From Pecten maximus (taxonomy: Eukaryota), in the NCBI RefSeq assembly GCF_902652985.1, contig NC_047031.1, positions 15,686,001 to 15,750,000 on the forward strand: DNA of 64,000 nt, written 5' to 3'. The stretch's first letter is position 1. Each line of letters starts with the position of its first letter. The notes under the pieces were generated by a model. That model saw nothing but the letters and a program-made list of their open reading frames with translations. It was not told the origin of the DNA and searched no databases. Made by a program: the position numbers and the translations under genes. Shown piece by piece: positions 40,301-52,243 of the stretch.

Positions 40301-43300
40301 TCTGGGATGAAGTTAATTTACATGAATCGCTTTAACCTATTTCCAGTGTCAAACTTGGACGTATTCAGTGCTTTGAAACGTCAGGAAATGCATAGACACT
40401 GCATTTTGATTTTTTTAAAATATTATTCTGATCTGATAAACGTTGTCTAACTGAAATTCATATAAATTTCCTTATGTGACTGACGTAATATGTCTTGTAT
40501 GTATTGTGAAAATAAATCATAAATAAAAATATACATTAAAAAACTCACGCCATCCGTCCCGTTGATATCGGCACCTCTTTTGACCAGTTCTTCTACGATT
40601 TCCAGGCTTTGTTTCTTGCTAGCAAAATGTATCGGTGTAGCCTTATACTGAAATAATGTTAGAACCCGAAAATAAAATATGTTTATTACTTCACGATTCC
40701 CAGATGTCTTGATTTCATAACTTCCATTATTCAAATAATGAATGCAAAGATGGAAAATTTAATGATTAGTTTTGTGAAAACCAAATCAGTTGTCTTAGAA
40801 GACACAATGGCAAATATAGCAGAGACTATATGATTATGTACCTACCCTTCCGAACTTCATATTTATATGTGCTCCTTTATCCAGGGCCTTTCTTAGCCCC
40901 ACTACATCCCCGTTGTCAATGGCATCACGTACTTCCTGTATAAAGGTACAAATAGCATAAAAAAGGCTGGAATAAAACCAAACCTACTGGATGAATTTGG
41001 CAGAATAACCCTTGATTAGTTTTTACTTATATGATGATATATTCCTTATCACTGAAAATACCTAGTAATACATATTTGCTTACATGACGATTCATTTGGT
41101 AATGCATCCACGTTAAAAATTTTAAATGTTAACTTGAAATTCCCAGACAATTAGAAGGGACTTCACCTACTTAACACAAAAGAACTAAAGGCATACTATT
41201 TCCAAACGTATCAAATAATGAAGAATATTTTATAGGCATTCAATAAGTCTCTAATAAAGCCGGTATCGGATATACTGTGTGTTAACAAAGGAGTTGGAAA
41301 AGGAGGAGGTAACTCGTACATTTATAAAATTCAAGGCACGAGAAACATTGATTGTCAAATAATGTTACAAAATGACTGCCGTGGATGCCATTTTGAAGTT
41401 TGATGTGGTTTGATTTTATTGGTTTTATTTGTTTAATGTCCTCTCAACAGCTAACGTCATAAAATGAAGTCTTCCGTGCGTGAATAGGTGCATTTAGTAA
41501 GTGCCTATGTGTGTTTTGGGAAGCTGCGGTATGTTCGGGTTATGTCTCCTTGTGATAGTCCGGAACTTTTGCCGATTTATAGTGTTACCTCACAGAAGCA
41601 TACTGCCGAAGACTCCCTACAGGACACCCAACCAGGTTACATTATACTGACAACGGACGACCTGTCGACCCACTCCTAGGATGCTGAACTCTAAGCAGGA
41701 GTAGCAACTATCATTTCTAAAGTAAGTCGCGGCCAGGGGGCAGAACTCAAAGCCTTCCGAACAGGGGTGAACGCTCAACTAAAGGCTAAACATGAAAAAA
41801 TACCGAAACATTATAGCATTTTGTTGGCTCGGATTTCTAAACATCCATACGAATTTTTAGCGCAATGGAACCAGTGCCACCGGAGAAGTAGTTTAGAACG
41901 TATACTTCCAAGATGACGGCCATCTCGGAATTCCGAAAGGAATAAAAACGCTTAATCAGGACCATCTCGGGATTATTTTAGGGACTTCCACCGGTGAAAC
42001 TTGAGAAGATTATGATATGACTTGTTCAGGAAAAGGACGATCGCGCTATCTTACAAATTGGCCGCTGTACCTGCCATGTCAAAGCTTTAACGAAACCGAA
42101 CAATAGAACTGTATGGACTTTCTCTCCTTAACATCCCTACCAATATTGAGTTCAATGGCCCCAGTGAAACTGGAGTAGAAAGTAAAGATGTGTTTGTCAA
42201 AATGGAAGTCATGGCGGCTTCATTGCATTTTGGATCGACAACACTTAGAACAATTTCCAGGGTCACTTTAGGCAAGTATGAGCTGAATTTGTGTGGTAGA
42301 ATTTGACATACTGCCACACTGCATGATCCATTAAAGAATTTTAAAAAGAAATAAAAAAAAAGTCGGATGAAATTTGTAGTAACACATACAGTGTAGTTGG
42401 AAACCGTATACCCCAAATATTCTCTACAAAAATGGTATTAAATGAAAGCTGTCGACTCAATAGTTTTTAGCTCACCTGGACCGAAGGTTCGGTGAGCTTA
42501 TGTCATGGTGCGGCGTCCGTCCGTCAATAATTTGCTTCAAATCGCTACTAGTCAAAAATTTCTTATTGGATTTTTACCAAATTTGGTCAGAAACATCCTT
42601 GGCGGAAGGGGATAAGATTTTGCATAAATGGTGACTCTGACCCCCAAGGGGCCTGAGGGGCGGGGCCCAATAGGGGAAATTGAGGCAATTCCTTTAAATC
42701 GCTACTAGTCATAAAGTTATGAATGGATTTGAACCCAATTTGGTCAGAAACATCCTTTGGGGAAGGGGAACAGATTTTGCATAAATGGTGACTCTGACCC
42801 CCAAGGGGCCTGAGGGGCGGGGCCCAATAGGGGAAATTGAGACAATTCCTTTAAATCGCTACTAGTCATAAAGTTATGAATGGATTTGAACCCAATTTGG
42901 TCAGAAACATCCTTTGGGGAAGGGGAACAGATTTTGCATAAATGGTGACTCTGACCCCAAAGGGGCCAAAGGGGCGGGGCCTAATGGGGAAATAGAGGTA
43001 ATTCCTTTAATCGCTACTAGTCATAAAGCTATGAATGGATTTGAACCCAATTTGGTCAGAAACATTCTTATGTGAAGGGGAACAGATTTTGCATAAATGA
43101 TGACTCTGACCCCCGAGGGGCAAAAGGGGCGGGGCCCATAGGGGAAATAGAGGTAATTCCTTTAAATCGCTACTAGTCATAAAGCTATGAAAGGATTTGA
43201 ACCCAATTTGGTCAGAAACATCATTGGTGGAAGGGGAACAGATTTTGCATAAATGGTGACTCTGAACCCCGAGGGGCTAAAGGGGCGGGGCCTAATGGGG

Positions 43301-46300
43301 AAATAGAGGTAATTCCTTCAAATCGCTACTAGTCATAAAGTTATGAATGGATTTGAACCCAATTTGGTCAGAAACATTCTTGTGGGAAGGGGAACAGATT
43401 TTGCATAAATGATGACTCTGCCCCCCGAGGGGCCAAAGGGGCGGGACCCCATAGCGGAAATATAGGTAATTCCTTCAAATCGCTACTAGTCATAAAGTTA
43501 TAAATGCATGTTGTAAACTCAGAGAGTCTGGACTTCATTATTTCTTTAAAGCAGTTGGGATTCTCACACTATAACCATATATAGCATTGTTTGAGGTTAA
43601 CAAACAAAAGGAATTGAACATGAACATTTTTTTGACATTTGGTCAAATCCAACCAGGTGAGCGATACAGGCCCCATGGGCCTCTTGTCTTAATGTACCTG
43701 TTTGGTCAGAACTATCTCAGGATCAGTTAAGTTTGTTTTTATTCCCAATAATGGAACTCGAGAAGAAAAATCAATTATCATACCCAAAAGATCAAAGGTA
43801 CATTAAAAACGGCGCACAACGTTAACGATAAACGTTACAGTAAAAAATAAAGACCCCTTTATCTTACTCATAATCAATGTAAATAACACAATGCATCAAA
43901 TTGTGTAAGTATTTGTTGCTAAAAAGTAAAAAGAAATAAATCAATCAAAAGGAAATACGTCTTTTCACCAGTTGATGAAAAGCCATAATAAGGAAGTAAG
44001 TGGAATATGACATTAGTGTATACATTTCGTCGATAATGGATTCGAACATGCCGACAGGAATATTTTTTTTCTTTTTTAATAACCTGCATTCTGTTTAGTT
44101 AATTGTGTGTAGATATACATGGTTAATACTGTTTGCCAGGCGTCAGGTGTGTATTATAGCTCTAATTTATCTGGACAAAACGCTCGTACGCAAAAAGATC
44201 GTATGTCGAACAATGAATATTTAAATCTATTGGTAGCATTGACTGAATGCGACAGAGAACATTTTAGATTACAAAGTTTTGGTATAAATGTTTAAATTAC
44301 CTTCCAAGTTTCAATACAAAATATATTGTGAACTGACGACCAATTGCATAACCAATGCATTGATTTGTCATGGATGTTTACCTTTTATGAGTATAACTTT
44401 TGTTGGTTTTGTAAAGTATATACAGTATGTAGTGTACATTATATAGTCAGACGCCGTAAACAGATTCCAACATGCTACGTGCATCTACTTAAAACGCTAA
44501 ACGAAATTTAGACCTTTTGCCTGTATGAATGAAATTATTAGCTCACCTTAGCTTATGCCATGGTGCATCGTCCGTCGTCCGTCTGTCGTCCGACATTTCC
44601 TTTTAATCTCTACTTGTCCTGAACGCTTGGATGGATTGTGATGAAATTTAGTCTTGAGGCATTATTGGGCAAAGGGGATCAAATGTTACATAAACGGAGG
44701 ATGTGACTCCCCTGGAGCCGGAGGGGCGTTGCCAAATAGGGGAAATAGAGGTTAATCCTTTAAATCCCTACTAGTGCTGAAGGCTTGAATGAATTTTGAT
44801 GAAATTTAGTCTGGAGAAATATTGGGGAAAGGGAATCAAACGTTGTATAAATGGAGGATGTGGCTCCCCTGGGGCCGGAGGAGTTGGGCCCAATAAGGGG
44901 AATTGAAGTAAATCCTTTAAATTGCTACTAGTTTAAACCCTTGAAATCCCAACCCCATATATAGCATTGCTGGACATCGAGAGATATACACTATTCTGTT
45001 ATAGATATAGGCCCTGCGGTCTTACACCACCACTAGGGACTTTGAAACCATTGAGATCCCCACCCTACAAGCATGTATAGCATTGTTGGGCATAAAGCCG
45101 ATAAACACAATCATGATGTAAAAATAGGCACTGGAGTCTTTCCCCACCCCATACCCATATATAGAATTGTTTGACATCAACAAATATAGGTATTAACAAC
45201 TAGAACATGCACATTGTTTTGATGTTTGGTTAAATCCAACCAGGTGAGCGATACAGGCCCTATCATCAATCAGTAACACATGTGTGGTCAATTTGGTGTT
45301 AAATATTGTTGGGAAAGTACAATCATAACTTTTATAAATGAGGCAGGTGTGACCCCTGAGGCCAGAGGGACAGGGCCTCATAATGAGAATTTTGCTCAAA
45401 TTATGCTCTAAAACCCTACTTCTCTTAAACCTTTGAGAGAAATTTGGTTGCAACATCATTGTGAGAGGGCAAGCATTATCATAAATGAGGCTGGTCCTAT
45501 ACCTAGGGACAGACAGGCGGGGCCGCTTAAGGAAAACAATTGGCTAAAAAAATAATTTAAAATGCTACGCCTCTAATAATGGTAAAGTGTCTTGGCGAGG
45601 ACAACCACGGCAGCACAGATCGGACCTTTTCTCAATTTCTCGGTTTCTTAACAAATAGAAACAGGGATATGACATCTAACCTTGCACCTTGGATATTCAC
45701 CTTCTCTTTTTGCGCATTTACCATACATATTGCACCCGCAATTTTTTACTACCAAAGGAATAGCCCCCTTTTTTTGCCTGTCATAAACATTCTACAGTTT
45801 ATCATTTTATGTTATAGTCCTTTGATTTTAGATTAGTGAGGCCTTTTTTTAACGTTACGTCCATGGAATGCTCATTCGATAAAATTCCCCCTCAACCCTC
45901 CCGTTATATTTTGTATGGCAATCTAGGAAATATTTAATCATGGCCTAAATTCTAAATTATATGTTTCGATAACAATGAACGGCTTTTATATTTTTTGGAT
46001 AAAATATCAGACCGCCATTTTGTTATTATTTTATCTCAGTATTTAATTTTAATCTTATAATAATAGAAATCAGCAGAATTTCTTTCAGCCTACTGAAACT
46101 GCAAACACTGATTGTAGGGGGTAAGAATTGAACCTGCTGCCCCTATCTTATGAGCGTAAGAGGCGACTGAATAAGTTTTCTTTTCTCAACTTTCTGAATG
46201 GTTTTCTTTTCCTAATGCCTCTCATGACACGTCTGGCCTTTAGATGATCGCTCGCCTATCTGAGGAAGGCTTTCGATTCTTTTCCCTGACCAATTCATAC

Positions 46301-46450
46301 CAGATCATGATAGTTTATCTTCCCGCAGACTAACGTACATGTTAATATCATCGTATTAGTGTTCATCGGTATGAAACACTGTACATTGCCTATCTATGGA
46401 CTTACCTCACCAAACTCCGGTATATCGTCACTGTTATCAAAGTTGTACAT
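22036..46450 (-). CDS. Kinase-less ROCO protein: ankyrin repeats-Roc GTPase-COR-death domain (copy A, ~13 exons, ~930 aa)
   Basis: Exons 46450-46406 (ccaccATG, MYNFDNSDDIPEFGE), 40935-40846, 40647-40549 (33-codon ANK), 37621-37505, 37250-37140, 34089-34059, 33680-~33279 (G1 GDVGVGKT), 32757-32518 (G3 WDFAG), 29470-29346 (G4 PPIILVGSHLD), 28086-27767, 26604-25716 (COR), 24411-24390, 22343-22036 (death). All GT-AG and phase-compatible; the donor of the G1 exon is uncertain. Confidence 0.85.
22860..23585 (+). mobile_element. Decayed I/Nimb-type LINE ORF2 3' fragment (RNase H plus C-terminus)
   Basis: Translates with stops and frameshifts to RIPNDASIFYAEAH, DSLSSVLQS, FC*VLGHAGIPGNEKADRAAKAA, NRRGEVVRVRLQIGHT*LTYSYLL and KYLKAVDLYHKV: RNase H and C-terminal motifs typical of I-group non-LTR elements. 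Confidence 0.8.
23586..23935 (+). mobile_element. Meta-type SINE starting at its B box, fused to the LINE fragment
   Basis: gggttctgtcccctggccgagacataccag...gtcagtataatgtgaccgg...ccttaaatgaccttagctgttaataggacgttaaac. Confidence 0.88.
24900..25592. mobile_element. Tc1/mariner-type MITE (693 bp)
   Basis: Perfect 21-bp TIR ccgtactttgggatattttgg / ccaaaatatcccaaagtacgg, flanked by TA on both sides. Confidence 0.88.
25716..26604 (-). CDS. COR-domain exon, ROCO copy A
   Basis: YMHLTGNILFF...VVTHPQWIVDALRCII...GILT...WIVPSLLP; 889 nt. Confidence 0.9.
27767..28086 (-). CDS. Roc C-terminus/COR-start exon, ROCO copy A
   Basis: FIDNT...IQRIRDGIVKLAPCQQNWNRPIPATWVSLD. Confidence 0.88.
29748..32380 (+). 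mobile_element. Non-autonomous Helentron (HINE/DINE-1-like) with ~15 internal ~168-bp tandem repeats
   Basis: 5' tttttataccccgc subTIR followed by a (tccg)n microsatellite; 3' gctggggtat subTIR, short stem-loop and ctagtt; T-rich insertion site. Lies in an intron of ROCO A. Confidence 0.85.
32518..32757 (-). CDS. Roc G3 exon, ROCO copy A
   Basis: LLSVWDFAGDEIYEATHHIFMSPDAVYIIVFN. Confidence 0.9.
33279..33680 (-). CDS. Roc G1/G2 exon, ROCO copy A
   Basis: IRLMIVGDVGVGKTSLCLNL...SPTDGINV; acceptor at 33681-33682; donor position tentative. Confidence 0.82.
34525..34752 (+). mobile_element. 5'-truncated Meta-type SINE
   Basis: Body and tail match; ataggaga on both flanks as a probable TSD. Confidence 0.85.
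35283..36120 (-). mobile_element. Head-to-tail Meta-type SINE pair: partial copy 35283-35592 and full-length copy 35593-36120 with extended 5' module
   Basis: The full copy has a structured 5' module (36120-36049), a pyrimidine-rich spacer, a degenerate tRNA head (tggcctttagttgag...gggttctgtccc), a Meta-like core (cataccagagtctttaaaaatggtagttgctgctcctgtttagcgctcagca) and the shared tail. Confidence 0.88.
36049..36120 (-). ncRNA. Candidate pseudoknotted 5'-terminal RNA module (possible self-cleaving ribozyme) of the SINE
   Basis: CCCT-GCGGGTA-GGAC-GTAAGAATTT-TACCTGC-T-GCCC-...-ATGA-TCGT-AGGAT-GCGA-CTAAA-TTTGGG. Nested helices are visible; related copies at ~34936, ~46113 and ~48895. Confidence 0.4.
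36240..36420 (-). mobile_element. Possible Crypton (tyrosine-recombinase transposon) N-terminal coding relic
   Basis: ARKTVNASVKVLVHYLEARDRTIEEMDSCQSAECDQLLRKFNAE resembles the LD..L..FY.E motif region of Crypton/DUF3504-type proteins. Confidence 0.4.
38590..39118 (-). mobile_element. Helentron-derived element with gacccatgtgaccttgaatgaagg-type tandem repeats
   Basis: The end ggcaggtgagctaag is the reverse of the ttagctcacctg terminus; same repeat family as 55353-56160. Confidence 0.7.
40549..40647 (-). CDS. Ankyrin-repeat exon, ROCO copy A
   Basis: YKATPIHFASKKQSLEIVEELVKRGADINGTDG; exactly 99 nt, phase 0-0. Confidence 0.9.
41405..41790 (-). mobile_element. Meta-type SINE (diverged)
   Basis: Tail, body and tRNA head match 35593-35990. 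Confidence 0.8.
42464..43687 (+). mobile_element. Non-autonomous Helentron (HINE) with ~6 internal ~156-bp repeats
   Basis: 5' ttttagctcacctgg...ggtgagct plus (gtcc)n; 3' ccaggtgagcgatacaggccccatgggcctcttgt (subTIR plus hairpin); repeat marker gcataaatggtgactctg at 42622, 42779, 42936, 43091, 43247 and 43403. Confidence 0.88.
44537..45262 (+). mobile_element. Related HINE copy (older, ~2 repeat units)
   Basis: Starts ttagctcacc..., ends ccaggtgagcgatacaggccct; repeats homologous to 42464-43687. Confidence 0.75.
46113..46303 (+). mobile_element. Diverged 5' portion of the Meta-type SINE (structured module plus tRNA head) in intron 1 of ROCO A
   Basis: gtagggggtaagaattgaacctgctgcccc...atgagcgtaagaggcgactgaa...tggcctttagatgatcgctcgcc...gaggaaggct...cataccaga. 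Confidence 0.75.
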
Positions 46451-46651
46451 GGTGGAAACAATTCCACGTTACTCCGTAGAATTGATCCAGATTAAAACCA
46501 CCAATAGCGGTTAAATTCACCCCATTTTTATCTGTGTCAAATGATGTGTATCTCCTCCAAGTATGATTTGGTAGATTGTTTATTTTACATAATCAGGTCT
46601 GTTAACCACAAGTGTCTTTACTGTGGTATCCAGGAAGTGTAAACAACCTTA

Positions 46652-46659
46652 TTTTTATA
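46652..46659 (-). promoter_or_regulatory. Possible TATA box of ROCO A
   Basis: TATAAAAA on the minus strand ~200 nt upstream of the ATG; the AT-rich context makes a chance match possible. Confidence 0.3.
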
Positions 46660-46727
46660 CGTAATTAATAGCGGGTGTAGTGTGTAAAGCTGTCAATAAG
46701 TTTCCAATATACATGTGAAAATAAAGT

Positions 46728-46790
46728 GGTGTAGTAGTAGTGGTGGTGGTGGTGGTAGTAGTAGATTTTAGTAGTAGAAGTAGTAGTAGT
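46728..46790. repeat. (GTA/GTG)n microsatellite
   Basis: Directly visible. Confidence 0.9.
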
Positions 46791-47180
46791 TAGCTCTTTC
46801 AAATCAACTTGTCAGTGTTTCGTCGTATCCTAATCAAGCTCGAGAAAACTGATTAGTTCTACCAAAAGGGTTGCTGTGAGTGGCTAGGGCATATGGACTA
46901 GTGAACGAGTTTCATAAATTTCATATGACATAGCCACAAGTACAAGATTTTATTTATTTATCAAATGACTACTATCTATAACAATATAAGCAAAAATCTT
47001 TCAATTTTCGTTTCTATATCAGACAGGCGAAATCCGGCTCGGACGGCACGTTTCCGTCTACCCAGACAATCATGCGATATCACCTATTTATTAGGACGTC
47101 ACACGACCTTGGTAACATGGCAGAAAGGGTCAGTTATGTGATTATGTTTTGTTATTAATGTAAACAGCTGCGAAGGCAGT

Positions 47181-47433
47181 TAGCAGTTTACTGTTTCGAT
47201 ACATCTTTCACTTCATCATCATTACGCCTATCTAATGAATGTCATTTCCAAGTTTCGAAAATAAATTTACTCTTGATTTCAAAAAGAATAGCTTACATCA
47301 GCTTTTTAGCAGTTTACTGTTTCGATACATCTCTCACTTCATCATTATTACGCCTATCTAATGAATGTCATTTCCAAGTTTCGAAAATAAATTTACTCTT
47401 GATTTCAAAAAGAATAGCTTACATCAGCTTTTT
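47181..47433. repeat. ~127-bp near-perfect tandem duplication
   Basis: tagcagtttactgtttcgatacatct...agcttacatcagctttt occurs twice. Confidence 0.92.
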
Positions 47434-48057
47434 GTCATTCCGTTCTAAAGAGATTGGTTTGTTTTTATTTATTTAAGGACGTGCCAGGTTTTGGATGTGG
47501 ACAAGGGAAAAACAAATACATGTACAAAGTTCAAGACAATTAGGTGTTTTCCGGAGTAATGAGGGTCATATATTTAATATCCTATGTGTTGTAATGAGGT
47601 CAGAAGATCTATTTTGATATCTTTTCGAGTGCCTTTCAGTATGCTACCATAACGAAATTGTTAAATAACACTAAGGAAATCGAATCAACATGTCACAATT
47701 ATCACAACACATCCTGGCTCGCTTTGTACTGTCTTCGATATCTAGGCCAGAGGGAAACGAAAGGCTGATTTAATCAGATCATTATCATTTCGTCTACAAT
47801 GGTGGACATATCCCCGTTTATAATTGTAAGTCATAATTTTTACTGTCGTGAATGAGGTGTTTTATGTTGTATTCTGAATGATATTTAATGTGTGTTTTTA
47901 TGTGACTTTCTTCGCTTTTACACTTGAAGTTATCGAAAACCTCATTTTAAACCGTCTTCTCTTTCCCAAAATATAAGCCATTATTCTGTTTCTAAATTGG
48001 GTCTGCTGTGTGTGTAGATACACAATTAGTCGTGGTTCATGGGGTATATTAGGTGTG

Positions 48058-48275
48058 TTTGGTTTGGTTTTATTTGTTTAACACCCTATTAACAGCTGAG
48101 GTCATTTAAGAACGGCCTCTAATATTTGATATATGCATGCGTGTGGTGAGTGCGTATGTGTTTTGGGAGGCTGCGGAATTTACGTGTTAAGTCTCCTTGT
48201 GATAGGCCGGACCTTTTGCCGATTTATAGTGCTACCTCACAGAAGCATACTGCAAGCAGGACAATCCACCTAAAC
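48058..48275 (-). mobile_element. Meta-type SINE 3' half
   Basis: Tail and body match. Confidence 0.8.
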
Positions 48276-48849
48276 AAATCGCTCATATATTGTCGTATGC
48301 TAGTCACAAATATTGCAATGGTAGAACTGACCCTCTCTGCGACAGACGACAGTTTAAGAGATTAGGTATATTTGATTTAGTTCCATTTAAGTTGTCATAA
48401 CAGATGCATTTTGAGCTAGCGACGAATCGAAATATATTATAGAGTCATGCGTTCCTCTGTCGTGGATAGTTACCTTTTGAGATTACGTAATTGTTAATCT
48501 ACTTTTATAAAGTGTAAATGTACATTATATATATATACACACTGACAACAATTTCAACATAGGAAGAAATGTGTAACCTTAAATTTGTGTATCAGTATGG
48601 GTCTACCAAAATTAATACAACCTCAATCTAGGAAGATACCTACAATAACAACTAACAACATTAGGGAAAATAAATGTTACCAACAGACTATTTGATGAAT
48701 AGCTTTACAAAGATAATGTTTTAAACCGTCGATAGAAGTTTCCGTATCATAACATCTACTTAAAAGTCATTTTTCAGCAAAAGCCTAAACTATGTTTGTC
48801 TATCCCATTTAATTCTTGGTACACTTCAAATGTCTTATTTCGTTAACAC

Positions 48850-49212
48850 GTGTAGGAGTGGAGAAATAATATGCCTGGTGTTTATCACTGTTATGTCATA
48901 AGAGGCGACTAATTGAGAGGCCCTTAAAAGGTCAAGGTGGTTTTGTTTTAGCGTTACGTTTATGGACATAGAAGATTCCGCGAATAAGGCCCGCTGTGTT
49001 CCATTTCATGTTAATCGTAGAAGACAACTATAAATTAGCCATTTAAGAATCGAGAATTTTCTTCCCTGTCTTCTAAACATTTTGGACCTTAACTCGTTCC
49101 TTTATTTCCTCACTGTTGTCTTTCTGTGCTTGGTTTTCCTGATCTACGTGTCTACCCGTCCTCATATGTCCTGGCTCTTGAAAGTACATTTAACCATAAA
49201 ACTAATAACTAA
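48850..49212 (+). mobile_element. Degenerate short retroelement with 5' structured motif(s) and the shared 3' tail but no visible tRNA head
   Basis: atgtcataagaggcgactaa at ~48895 and a second weak copy at ~49015; tail gtcctcatatgtcctggctcttgaaagtacattt followed by aactaataactaa. Confidence 0.45.
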
Positions 49213-51076
49213 GTATTTATATTTTAAATTCAAAAGGATTTGACAAAAGAAAGGAATGGCTCAAATATTGTAAGGTCTTCTAAGCATGTTAATGTGTTGA
49301 TATAATAGCACTGAACGCTAGTTGATTGTGAGATTCTCACATGTCCCGTCTTCACTGAAAAGATTCATCTAATAAGCAAATCCGGTCATATCTTATTTAT
49401 TAATTATGTTTTCAGTCAATAAATACCTACTCTGATGGAATTCAACATAAGTAACTCTATCATGTGTTCGTATGCATCGTTATGACTAACCATGGGTGTT
49501 GCTGTTGGCATGTAATTTGTACAGGAAATTATTTATAATTTTGAGTAACTTGCATACCCAGATTGTATATTAAAAACTCGGGGTATGATCATACAAACAC
49601 ACAAAAAGCTTTGACTTGTTGTTCATCTTTCAACGTCGAGGTATGCATACAGATAACCACTAACAAACAAAAACATGTTAGAGATTTGATTTTTTCCTGA
49701 AAGATTTTATTATTTAACATGAATTAAAATGAACATTAACATTCTGAAAATTACAAAGATATTTATCTAGCACGACGATTCGTTTCGTTTCTCGCTGTAC
49801 AATTCATACTTAACCTTGAAATGTGTATACAAATACCGCTATTTAAAGATACACGCCGAGGTGCTCATTTCCATTGAGTTGGAGAATGGAATGTGTTTAC
49901 GTGTGTGTTGTTAAGTAAACAAACGTCCTCTAAAAAGGTATGGCTAGCAGAAATGTGTCCACATGGAAATATTTTCTTTTAACGATTTTAAACCTCGGAT
50001 AATAATAGTTTAATTTGAAGGCGTAAATAATTTGATAAGTGTAGACAGTCCACTGAAAGAAAGGTAATAATGCAAAGCAATATGCAACAACCTTTATATA
50101 TCTAATACCAGTGAATATGTGCTGCTCTTTAAATGCCATAAATGCGTCAAAGCAACGCACTGGCAAGGAAAGACGATATCAACTTATCATGAGGAATTTA
50201 TTAATCATGTTAAGTTTTTCACTTTTGCCTAGCAAACAAACCTCCCTCATAGACGAATACAACCCCAGACGAATGGAAGATTTTGTTTACAAATATGTTA
50301 ACAATTAATTAATATTTGACTTGTTGCAATTCAAAATTTGAAATCAATATCATAATCAAAATTTGTATCTTAACCATATCCACATCTCTGAAATGCATGA
50401 GTCATGTAATATATCAAATGGTTGGGGTGTACGTTTTCTGGATAAAAAATTGTTCATAAAAATATAGCCAAATTGCCACGTTTGGTACTGCCAGTTAGTC
50501 CACTAGGAGTCAACATCGCGATTTGTAGTGAATGCCTTCAGTCAATTCAACCTAAATTGAAATCGGTGATTAGCTTGACGTTGTTAAAAAAGTTTTGACG
50601 TTTTGATAACAGATGAAGACAAAACGGTATAGCACTAGTTTACTTTGATCCTTCGAAACTAAAGACTTTACGGCGAAAACATGATTTTATAGACTAAAGT
50701 GACATGTATGGTTTGTATTATCAGCTGTTTATTATTATATCAACTTTACTCTATACAAATAAACGCACATATATGACTCAAGATATATCCTAACGCATAG
50801 GGCAGATATATGTATAAAAAATCACACACTGAGCATATCTATATATGCAAACTCATATAATAATCTATACGTGTGAATCAAGGCACAACATTTCTATATA
50901 TGTAAAGTCATGCATTAAGCTCATGTTTTTAAACTCTTGTATAAAGCTTTCTTTATAGGTACGTATGAAGCTTATCCATACGTGTCAACACTAACATATA
51001 GCTTATCTTTTTATATATCCGCACACATATAGGCTATATATGTTAACTCCCTCTTATTTGGTTTGGTTTGATTTTA

Positions 51077-52243
51077 CAGTGGAACTTCGTTAACTCGAAG
51101 TCGACAGGACCACGAAAAATCTTCGAGTTATCCGAGTGTTCGAATTAAGCGAGTTATAATTTTTGGTGAAAAGTTAAGTCAATATTTGTCAACATTATAT
51201 CATTATAACTCCGCTCTGTCGCTCACCAGTTTAGTGAGAAGAGTGGTCAATACATGTAAATGTAGATGTAATGTTTCGTTCGGTCACTTGTAATTTGGTG
51301 TAGTTTTGCCGATATACAGTCACGATAAAATTTCTTCCACTTAGTCACTAAAATAACGATCTGATGTGCAAGTCATGTTCAAAAGGAATAACGATAAAAC
51401 GGAATTCGACAGAATAACAATGTATTCATGTCAAATCAAATAACCGTTTAAGTTTAACACAAATTGTATGTAAAACGTAACAGAACCATTACCTTATATT
51501 GGACATATACAATACTGTTTGATAGGCCTACTTACGTTTTAATGATAACAAAGCCATCTCCGTGTGTATTAGCACCGAAAGTTGGGCTGCGCATGTGCGT
51601 ATACAATGTTACTGTTACTAAGTGGCATGTTATCCGATTTAATAGACAGCGCTGACCGTTACAGTCGTACTCTGAACACCTCGGCAGCAATTACGCTATT
51701 GTTTCAGCAGTTTAAAGATTTAATAGGCACCGGTGACTGTTTCATTTCTACACCTGTTAATCAGCCGAGTAGATCTACCGGTGTGTCAGAGATTAGTTCC
51801 GCTTGAACGAGCGGGTAGATGAGTTGTTGACTATCGTGTGTACTATAATCGGCGACCGCCTTAGGAAATTACCTTATATAAGTAAAGCAGTACTTTTTAT
51901 CACCAAGAGTTGTTGTTATAAGATTCCACCGACAATTTATTTAATGAATTTATGAAACACTTATAAAAGCAAGTAGGTTTGTATTGCCGATATATTCAGT
52001 ATTACAAACGGAATTTCGCTGTTAAAAATATCGGCGTTTACCATCGATCGTTATTGGACACGAGTTATTATATAATTTCAAATAGGATTTTTGTTGTTGG
52101 GACAACATTTTCACTTCGTATTATCCGAGTTTTTCGAGTTTTCCTTACTAAAATAAAGAGAGAATTCGGTCGGGACTGACGAGGTACTTTGAGTTAAGCA
52201 GGGTATTCGAGTTTTCCGAGTTCGAGTTAACGAAGTTCCACTG
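51077..52243. mobile_element. Tc1/mariner (pogo/Tigger-like) non-autonomous DNA transposon, 1167 bp
   Basis: Perfect 23-bp TIR cagtggaacttcgttaactcgaa / ttcgagttaacgaagttccactg with TA TSD; subterminal ttcgagtt repeats. Inserted into the tail of a Meta SINE (51058-51076 and 52246-52410). Confidence 0.92.

Noticed and set aside
22036-46450. Naming the gene DAPK1 or LRRK
   Set aside because: No kinase or LRR exons were found; only the shared ANK/Roc/COR/death modules are supported.
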